A DNA stretch of 35,895 nt from positions 1-35,895 of the forward strand of contig CAMBGO010000001.1 of NCBI GenBank assembly GCA_945866165.1, read 5' to 3'. Shown here in pieces: positions 30,045 through 35,895 of this stretch. The stretch is from Chitinophaga pinensis. Lineage in GTDB: Bacteria > Bacteroidota > Bacteroidia > Chitinophagales > Chitinophagaceae. Under the pieces are notes generated by a model. It saw only the letters and a program-made list of their open reading frames with translations, did not search any database and had not been told where the DNA came from. The translations under genes were made by a program, and so were the position numbers. Each line of letters begins with the position of its first letter. The stretch's first letter is position 1.

Positions 30045-31676
30045 TTATTTGAACATGGGTGGATGAACATCATCATAATCTGTATGCTCCTGGAAGTATT
30101 TTCCTAGCAACAAAAGATCTTCTTCTTGGTATAGGTTTGCTAAAAAGGTAATGCTGTTGGGTACTTTTTGCTTATTCAATCCAATGGGCATGCAAAGTGC
30201 AGGATGTCCGGTTAAGTTTGTTATTGATAATTGTTTTCCTTCAAAGCTTGGAGTAATTACAACATCATAATCCTTCATCACTGCATTTATTTTTTTCATC
30301 AGCAATACGCGGTGCCTATTTGTATTAATATATTCAACTGCTGGAATCGTTCTTGCTGTTCTGAAATAATTAGGCCAATCATATCTGTTTTGTTTAGTCA
30401 TTTGATCATCTAAATCAGTTCTGGTAAATTCATCAAATGCCGCCGCTGATTCTGCACCAATCACCATGCCAATCATATCAAATTGATATGCTTCTGAATC
30501 TGGGAAATTCATTTCTTTAATATCAAGTCCTAGTTTTTTAAGCTGCTTTATCACTGTCCATTCTTGCGATGATGTATCTAGTTTTTCAAAATAATTTTTC
30601 GCATATGCAATCTTCAATTTTTTTACATCTTTTTTAGGCGAATAATTGAAAGCATCATTCATAGCGCATGCATCTTCACCATCGGTTCCATGTATAAATG
30701 CAAAAACTGTTGCAGCATCTTCTGCTGATCTGCAGATAGGTCCAATTTTATCAAGGCTCCAGCTAAGCGCCATGGCGCCTGTGCGACTAACACTACCAAA
30801 AGTCGGGCGCAAGCCGGTGGCACCGCAAGTATGACTAGGAGAAATAATAGAACCATGTGTTTCTGTTCCTATTGCGAATGGAACCAATCCAGCCACTGTT
30901 GCAGAAGCAGATCCTGCAGATGATCCGCTTGAACCTTTTTCTAGGTTCCAAGGGTTTCTTGTTCTTCCACCAAACCAATAGTCACCCATTGCTAGAGCGC
31001 CCAGTGTGAATTTTGCTACCAATACAGCTCCTGCTTCTTTTAGCCGTGTATATACATATGCATCTACTTCAATAGTTTGATCTTTATAAGGTTGAGCACC
31101 CCAAGTAGTTTTTGTTCCTTTGATTGAGAATAGGTCTTTTAGTCCGTAGGGAATACCTTGTAGTGGCCCTTTGTCGATTCCTTTTTTGAATAATTCATCA
31201 GCTTGTTTTGCTTGTTGCATTGCAATGTCTTCAGTGAATGACACGACGCAATGAAGTGTATCTCCAAATTTTTTCAAACGTTGAATAAAAAATTTTGTCA
31301 GTTCAGTTGATGTGATTGATTTATTACGCATCAAAGAACCAAGCTGATTGATATTGTAGAATGCTAGGTCATTTATGTTATTTGGTCTTTTTATTGTTTT
31401 ATTGTATGTCCAAGTAATTTCTTTTTGAGCTGTTGAAGGTAATGGGCTAAGCATTTGAATCATGCTCATGCCAACAGAATTATCCAGTTTCAGCAGGTGC
31501 ATCTTTTTATATTCTGCAAGATTATCTTTTATATCTGGGTACATCATTTCTATTTCTTTGTCTGTAAAATTCACGTCAAGAAGTTTTGCTGAATTTTTTA
31601 GGTCACTTACTGCCAATGTATCTTGGCTAAAGCACTTTATTGAAAGGAGAAATGAAAGAAACAATACATATTTCAT
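30045..31676 (-). CDS. Amidase signature family enzyme (probably exported)
   Basis: Signal peptide; GIPYGLKD Lys, GSSGSSAGSA, IGTETHGSIISP catalytic Ser region. Confidence 0.92.
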   Translation of the reverse strand: MKYVLFLSFLLSIKCFSQDTLAVSDLKNSAKLLDVNFTDKEIEMMYPDIKDNLAEYKKMHLLKLDNSVGMSMIQMLSPLPSTAQKEITWTYNKTIKRPNNINDLAFYNINQLGSLMRNKSITSTELTKFFIQRLKKFGDTLHCVVSFTEDIAMQQAKQADELFKKGIDKGPLQGIPYGLKDLFSIKGTKTTWGAQPYKDQTIEVDAYVYTRLKEAGAVLVAKFTLGALAMGDYWFGGRTRNPWNLEKGSSGSSAGSASATVAGLVPFAIGTETHGSIISPSHTCGATGLRPTFGSVSRTGAMALSWSLDKIGPICRSAEDAATVFAFIHGTDGEDACAMNDAFNYSPKKDVKKLKIAYAKNYFEKLDTSSQEWTVIKQLKKLGLDIKEMNFPDSEAYQFDMIGMVIGAESAAAFDEFTRTDLDDQMTKQNRYDWPNYFRTARTIPAVEYINTNRHRVLLMKKINAVMKDYDVVITPSFEGKQLSITNLTGHPALCMPIGLNKQKVPNSITFLANLYQEEDLLLLGKYFQEHTDYDDVHPPMFK

Positions 31677-31734
31677 AAAAATAGATTTTGTTATACATTA
31701 GTTGAGTAAAAAATATAATAAAGTGTATTGCTTA

Positions 31735-32187
31735 TTATATTTTTCGATTTAAATAAGAAGAGTAATCGGGTATAGCGCAAGCATATTCTTCATACATCAA
31801 TGGGGAGGTCATAAGAAAATCTGCAGAAGCCCTGTCGCATGCAAAAGGTATGTTCCAGGTGACTGCAACTCTTAAGAGTGCTTTAATATCTGAGTCATGT
31901 GGTTGTGCTTCCATGGGGTCCCAGAAAAAGATGAGTACATCAATAGATCCTTCAGCGATCATGGCGCCTATTTGTTGGTCACCGCCTAAAGGGCCACTCA
32001 ATAATATTTTCAGTGGCCTATCCAATGTTTCTTCTATAAGTTTTCCTGTGGTTCCTGTTGCAATCAATTCATGTCGAGCCAAGGCATTCATATTATGGGT
32101 TGCCCATTCAACCAGGTCTTTTTTCTTGTTGTCGTGAGCAACAAGCGCAATTCTTTTTCGTTCGGATAATTTTCTTTTTTTATTCAT
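31735..32187 (-). CDS. mgsA: Methylglyoxal synthase
   Basis: IALVAHDNKK, ATGTTG, SGPLGGDQQIG, FFWDPMEAQPHDSD. ATG 32187 is preferred because the track start lies beyond the recA terminator. Confidence 0.96.
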   Translation of the reverse strand: MNKKRKLSERKRIALVAHDNKKKDLVEWATHNMNALARHELIATGTTGKLIEETLDRPLKILLSGPLGGDQQIGAMIAEGSIDVLIFFWDPMEAQPHDSDIKALLRVAVTWNIPFACDRASADFLMTSPLMYEEYACAIPDYSSYLNRKI

Positions 32188-32218
32188 TTTTAATATCCTT
32201 GTTAAGTGAAAATATAAC

Positions 32219-32254
32219 AAAAAAACCGCATCCTTGTTGATAAGGATGCGGTTT
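32219..32254 (-). terminator. recA intrinsic terminator
   Basis: AAACCGCATCCTT-gttgat-AAGGATGCGGTTT with A-tract on + (U-tract on minus). Confidence 0.88.
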
Positions 32255-32277
32255 CTAAACAAAAGACAAGCTGTTAA

Positions 32278-33279
32278 TTATAAGGCCTGCATTTCCATTA
32301 TTTTTTCTCTGATTTTCTTTTCAATTTCGTTTGCCATTTCTGGGTTGTCGTTAAGAAGTTGTTTTACACCATCGCGACCTTGTCCGAGTTTATCAGAATT
32401 ATAGCTATACCAACTTCCGCTCTTATTTACGATTCCGAGTTCAACACCCATATCAATTATTTCACCTGTTTTTGAGATTCCTTCTCCGTAGATGATATCG
32501 AATTCTGCAGATCGGAATGGCGGAGCAACTTTGTTTTTAACGACTTTTACTTTCACCCTGTTGCCTATTGCTTCATCACCGTCTTTGATTTGAGCAGAAC
32601 GGCGGATATCAAGGCGAACAGATGCGTAGAACTTCAGTGCGTTTCCACCTGTTGTTGTTTCAGGATTGCCAAATACGATTCCTATTTTTTCACGTAGCTG
32701 GTTGATGAATATGCAGATGGTATTGGTTTTGCTGATTGTTGCCGTCAATTTTCTAAGTGCCTGGCTCATCAACCTAGCGTGTAATCCCATTTTACTGTCA
32801 CCCATTTCCCCTTCCAATTCGCTTTTGGGTACCAGTGCAGCAACGGAGTCAATAACAACGACGTCTAGGGCACCTGAAAGAATTAGTCTGTCAGCAATTT
32901 CCAGTGCTTGTTCACCATAATCTGGCTGAGATATAAGCAGGTTATCAACGTCTACACCCAATTTTTTAGCATAGGTGCTATCAAATGCGTGTTCAGCGTC
33001 GATGAAAGCACACATTCCACCCTTTTTTTGTGCTTCTGCAATAACATGGGTAGCGATGGTTGTTTTTCCAGAGCTTTCTGGTCCATAAATTTCAATTACC
33101 CTGCCTTTTGGTAATCCACCAATGCCTAGGGCCAGGTCCAATCCTATTGATCCTGTAGAAATATACTCTATTTGTGTTTCTCCCTTCTCATTCATCATCA
33201 TCACACTTCCTTTTCCATAATCCTTTTCAATCTTATCTAGCGTGAGTTTCAGCGCTTTTAATTTTTCGCTATTTGACAT
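32278..33279 (-). CDS. recA: Recombinase A
   Basis: [39 protein letters not shown]. Confidence 0.99.
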   Translation of the reverse strand: MSNSEKLKALKLTLDKIEKDYGKGSVMMMNEKGETQIEYISTGSIGLDLALGIGGLPKGRVIEIYGPESSGKTTIATHVIAEAQKKGGMCAFIDAEHAFDSTYAKKLGVDVDNLLISQPDYGEQALEIADRLILSGALDVVVIDSVAALVPKSELEGEMGDSKMGLHARLMSQALRKLTATISKTNTICIFINQLREKIGIVFGNPETTTGGNALKFYASVRLDIRRSAQIKDGDEAIGNRVKVKVVKNKVAPPFRSAEFDIIYGEGISKTGEIIDMGVELGIVNKSGSWYSYNSDKLGQGRDGVKQLLNDNPEMANEIEKKIREKIMEMQAL

Positions 33280-33299
33280 ATTAATTAAATTTTAGACTG

Positions 33300-33365
33300 T
33301 AAAGATAAGGGCCTTAAAATGAATAAACTAATATTTTTAGCATTTTTTTGACTAAATATTTTAGT
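33300..33365 (-). promoter_or_regulatory. recA promoter with two tandem CTAA-N5-TTAG SOS boxes
   Basis: CTAA-tattt-TTAG at 33328-33340 and ACTAA-atatt-TTAGT at 33351-33365; -7-like TATCTTTA on minus at 33307-33300. The motif is one reported for non-canonical LexA-like repressors of Bacteroidetes. Confidence 0.8.
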
Positions 33366-33396
33366 GATTTTTCTCGTATTAAGACCGTTTTTACAC

Positions 33397-33428
33397 AAAA
33401 AACCCTGCTATTTAGAAAAATAGCAGGG
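33397..33428 (-). terminator. Orphan intrinsic terminator
   Basis: CCCTGCTATTT-agaa-AAATAGCAGGG (33403-33428) with A6 at 33397-33402. Confidence 0.82.
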
Positions 33429-33478
33429 CAGACATGAGAAAACAAACAAACTGATCTTGCAACAGTAGTTACTAAATC
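33397..33478 (-). ncRNA. Candidate ~80-nt U-rich small RNA upstream of recA
   Basis: -7-like TATATTTA (33490-33483), body containing GUUUGUUUGUUUUCUCAU, then an 11-bp terminator stem with U6, and no minus-strand CDS to terminate. 5' end approximate. Confidence 0.5.
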
Positions 33479-33610
33479 ATTATAAATATACTACAATTTT
33501 GATTTTTTTAAAAATTAGATATCCACTTTTTTGTAGATTGTGTCAAACAGCACTAAAATCCTTTTGTTATGCAGTAATGTATGCCTAGAAATTCTAAATT
33601 GGGGGATTTC

Positions 33611-33643
33611 TTTGGTAAGTTAAGATTTCAAGAATTATATTTG
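33611..33643 (+). promoter_or_regulatory. Consensus Bacteroidota sigma-A promoter of the ompA/motB gene
   Basis: TTTG (33611-33614), 21-nt spacer, TATATTTG (33636-33643). Confidence 0.75.
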
Positions 33644-33668
33644 TAGTACCATTAAAAAAACAAACACG

Positions 33669-34547
33669 ATGAAAAGTAAATTATTTATTCTGCCATTGTT
33701 TTTGACCGTCACCTTATTTTCTTGCGTGAGCTCAAAAAAATTCCAGGCATTGAACACAAAGTATAATGACCTGAACAATTCTTTAATTGGCGCGCAAAGC
33801 GATCTTAAAAATTGTAGGGATGAAAAGTCAGAGCTAGAGCGCAACAAAGCAATTGCATTGGCTCAGCTTGAGTCTCAGCTTGCTTCTTTGAAAGAGCAAA
33901 ATGATTTCTTAAAGAAAAACAACAACAGTGCTTTGAAGCAACTTGAAGATCTTTCTGTAATATCTTCTTCTCAGGCAGAGAGCATTAAAAAGTCACTCGA
34001 TAACATTGGATCTAAAGATGCTTATATTCAAACCATACAAGCTGCTGCAGCAAGAAAGGATTCAATGAATATGGCCTTGGTGATGAATCTAAAGGGAGCC
34101 ATTGGAAATTTGGATGACAAGGATATCAATATTAAAGTTGATAAAGGTGTTGTATATGTAGACATCTCTGATAAGTTGTTGTTCAAAACCGGAAGCTATA
34201 GCATCAACGAAGCTGCTAAGTCTGTACTTGGTAAAGTTGCTGTTGTGTTGAAGAACCAGCCTGATATTGAGTTCATGGTTGAAGGACATACTGATAATGT
34301 AGTGTTGAGTGGTGATGGTGATTTGTTGGACAACTGGGATCTGAGTGTGAAGCGTGCAACAACAGTTGTAAGGCTTTTGCAAAAGCAGTATGGATTGAAT
34401 CCAGCGAATATGGCTGCAGCCGGTCGTGCTGAGTTTCGTCCGATTGCCGACAATTCAACTGCTGCAGGACGTTCTGCAAACAGGAGAACCCGTATCGTGA
34501 TCCTTCCACAGTTGGATCAGTTCTTCAAGTTGTTGGAGAGAAAATAA
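33669..34547 (+). CDS. OmpA/MotB family peptidoglycan-binding lipoprotein with coiled coil
   Basis: Lipobox LFSC-VSSKK, heptad region, VEGHTDN...NWDLSVKRA...NRRTRIVILP. Confidence 0.92.
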   Translation: MKSKLFILPLFLTVTLFSCVSSKKFQALNTKYNDLNNSLIGAQSDLKNCRDEKSELERNKAIALAQLESQLASLKEQNDFLKKNNNSALKQLEDLSVISSSQAESIKKSLDNIGSKDAYIQTIQAAAARKDSMNMALVMNLKGAIGNLDDKDINIKVDKGVVYVDISDKLLFKTGSYSINEAAKSVLGKVAVVLKNQPDIEFMVEGHTDNVVLSGDGDLLDNWDLSVKRATTVVRLLQKQYGLNPANMAAAGRAEFRPIADNSTAAGRSANRRTRIVILPQLDQFFKLLERK

Positions 34548-34611
34548 ATTCATCCGCAAAACGGACCAATCAATAAGATAAGGGTCCATTCAAGGACTCA
34601 ATAAAATAAAC

Positions 34612-34646
34612 AAAGGACCCACGTTAATCGTGGGTCCTTTTTGTTT
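34612..34646 (+). terminator. Intrinsic terminator after ompA/motB
   Basis: AAAGGACCCACG-ttaat-CGTGGGTCCTTT followed by TTGTTT. Confidence 0.88.
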
Positions 34647-34737
34647 CTGCGTGAAGGATTTTCCTTTAGATAATTTTAAGACTGAACAAATTTCGAGAGC
34701 AGTTTTGCATAAATTAACTATTTAAAATTTATTGTAA

Positions 34738-35085
34738 ATTACAAGAGTAAGAGCAGTTGGAGTAGGTGCAGGATTAAAAAATACTGCAATAATTATTGCA
34801 AATCAAGGAGCTATAGATGGTAATACATTTGCTGCAACGGTTTGTAATGAGTATTCTGTAACAGTTGGTGGGGTAACTTATGGTGATTGGTACTTACCTT
34901 CAAAGCATGAACTCAATTTACTTTATTCACAAAAAACAGTGGTTGGAGGTTTTGCGGATAACGGATATTGGAGTTCTAAGGAAGTCGTCAACGGCGTCGC
35001 GTGGTGACAGCATTTCGCCAGTGGCAGTCAGCACGAATACTTTAAGGACGAGACAAACTATGTTCGCGCCATTAGGGCTTTTTAA
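34738..35085 (+). pseudogene. 5'-truncated DUF1566 (Lcl C-terminal, CLec-fold) gene remnant with internal TGA; putative DGR target
   Basis: Manual translation, absent from the ORF track: ITRVRAVGVGAGLKNTAIIIANQGAIDGNTFAATVCNEYSVTVGGVTYGDWYLPSKHELNLLYSQKTVVGGFADNGYWSSKEVVNGVAW*QHFASGSQHEYFKDETNYVRAIRAF*. Motifs DWYLPSxxEL, YWSS, AW, VRAIRAF; in-frame TAA at 34735-34737, no ATG, TGA at 35005-35007. Confidence 0.82.
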
Positions 35086-35161
35086 CCATTTAGAAATAAG
35101 AATGAGCACTGCTTAACAAGATGTTGGACAAACAAGCCGACTAAAAGCGAAAAGAAACATA

Positions 35162-35878
35162 ATGAAAAAAACATATACTTCATTGCTTGTACTGATCTGT
35201 TGCAGTTGCATGGGTGTACTCAATGCGCAAATACTATCCGTTGCTCCGGGGACTGAGTTCTATGTGAAGGGAGGAACTAATATGATGGCTGATAGGACCG
35301 ACTTCAATTTCTCCGGTGACTTCACTTTTACGAATAATACATTGAACCTAGACCTAGTACCCAATAAGATCAACGGGGTATCAATTATGCAGCGCGTTTA
35401 CAAATTCACCAACACGGTCTACTACATGCAGGGAAGAATCAACCTGAATTACCTTGAAAACGAACTGAATGGCATCCCTGAATCGGAATTGAAGTTTTTG
35501 TATAACAATGGATTGGGTTGGCAAGAAGATTACAATAGCGCAGTTAATACAAATATCAACTTGGTAGAAGGCGGTGCCATGAACTATACCAAACTGGATG
35601 CTTTTACAGCAGGTAAATACCTAGCTACTGATGAGATCATTTCAGTAAGGGCCAATCCCAACCCCAGCACAACGGATTTCAATGTGATGGTGATGGCAAA
35701 AGGTCAAGCAGAAATTGAGTTGACAGTGATGGACGCGCGCGGTGCAATTGTTGAAACAAAAAAGACCAGGCCATATCAGAGTATAAAACTTGGTCGCAAC
35801 CTTATTAATGGAATATATACAATCAGGGCTGTGCAGGGCAATAAGCCGATTGCGTCGATCAGGGTGGTGAAGTTGTGA
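35162..35878 (+). CDS. Small secreted protein with T9SS type A C-terminal sorting domain
   Basis: Sec signal ending LNA-Q; CTD-like NPNPSTTDFNV...VMDARGAIVE...LINGIYTIR...IRVVKL. Confidence 0.82.
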   Translation: MKKTYTSLLVLICCSCMGVLNAQILSVAPGTEFYVKGGTNMMADRTDFNFSGDFTFTNNTLNLDLVPNKINGVSIMQRVYKFTNTVYYMQGRINLNYLENELNGIPESELKFLYNNGLGWQEDYNSAVNTNINLVEGGAMNYTKLDAFTAGKYLATDEIISVRANPNPSTTDFNVMVMAKGQAEIELTVMDARGAIVETKKTRPYQSIKLGRNLINGIYTIRAVQGNKPIASIRVVKL

Positions 35879-35895
35879 TGAATTAGACGACAGAC

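Noticed and set aside
30045-31676. gatA (Glu-tRNA amidotransferase subunit A)
   Set aside because: It has a signal peptide, GTETHGS instead of GSDTGGS, and no gatB/gatC nearby.
33434-33454. Mini-ORF MRKQTN on + strand
   Set aside because: Only six codons, and the adjacent terminator and promoter-like element are oriented on the minus strand.
33669-34547. Flagellar motor MotB
   Set aside because: It has a lipoprotein signal rather than the MotB TM helix with Asp, and there are no motA or flagellar genes.
34552-34600. Small stems (TCCG/CGGA, GGACC/GGTCC) in the ompA 3' UTR as a structured RNA
   Set aside because: Stems of only 4-5 bp, with no support beyond chance.
34696-34758. 9-bp direct repeat AGAGCAGTT (34696-34704, 34750-34758) as a target-site duplication at the truncation point
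   Set aside because: No element lies between the copies and the second copy is inside the coding remnant; could be chance.
35005-35007. In-frame TGA as selenocysteine or recoded Trp
   Set aside because: The position is variable and non-catalytic, no SECIS-like hairpin is evident, TGA ends other genes here (e.g. 35876-35878), and the gene also lacks its 5' end. A sequencing error cannot be excluded.
178-35116. Numerous 60-115 aa ORFs in the track overlapping long genes, including 34880..35116 + and 34927..35109 -
   Set aside because: Antisense or alternate-frame shadows with no motifs. The last two overlap the DUF1566 frame, which carries the real protein signal.
1-35895. DGR template repeat, reverse transcriptase, CRISPR array, tRNA/rRNA, transposase or integrase
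   Set aside because: None seen by eye: no second copy of 34950-35085, no RT motif in the ORFs, no regularly spaced repeats.

Overview
AT-rich chromosomal segment of a Bacteroidota organism. SusC/SusD, a T9SS C-terminal domain and TAnnTTTG promoters support the phylum; a free-living Chitinophagaceae-like host is my inference. Left part (1-15.2 kb): a ThuA/beta-propeller/PKD/cytochrome c fusion, a Tat-exported TIM-barrel sugar isomerase/lyase-like protein, and a SusC-SusD-FG-GAP(ASPIC/UnbV)-vanadium haloperoxidase-like locus with no recognisable glycoside hydrolase. Middle: a merC-like / sco-fur metal module with a perfect 8-3-8 operator over a promoter, housekeeping genes (M3 peptidase, DsbA-like, acyltransferase, polA), an esterase, and a DUF1080-PA14 plus propeller-azurin pair. 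Right part: uvrB, amidase, mgsA, recA with two CTAA-N5-TTAG SOS boxes, an OmpA/MotB lipoprotein and a small T9SS cargo. Signals not in the ORF track: (i) a 5'-truncated DUF1566/CLec gene remnant at 34738-35085 whose 3' end has the codon fingerprint of a diversity-generating retroelement variable repeat, including an in-frame TGA (no RT or template repeat in this window), and (ii) two candidate ~80-nt promoter-to-terminator sRNA cassettes. No rRNA, tRNA, CRISPR array or transposase was seen. All family calls are motif recognition by eye, not database results.
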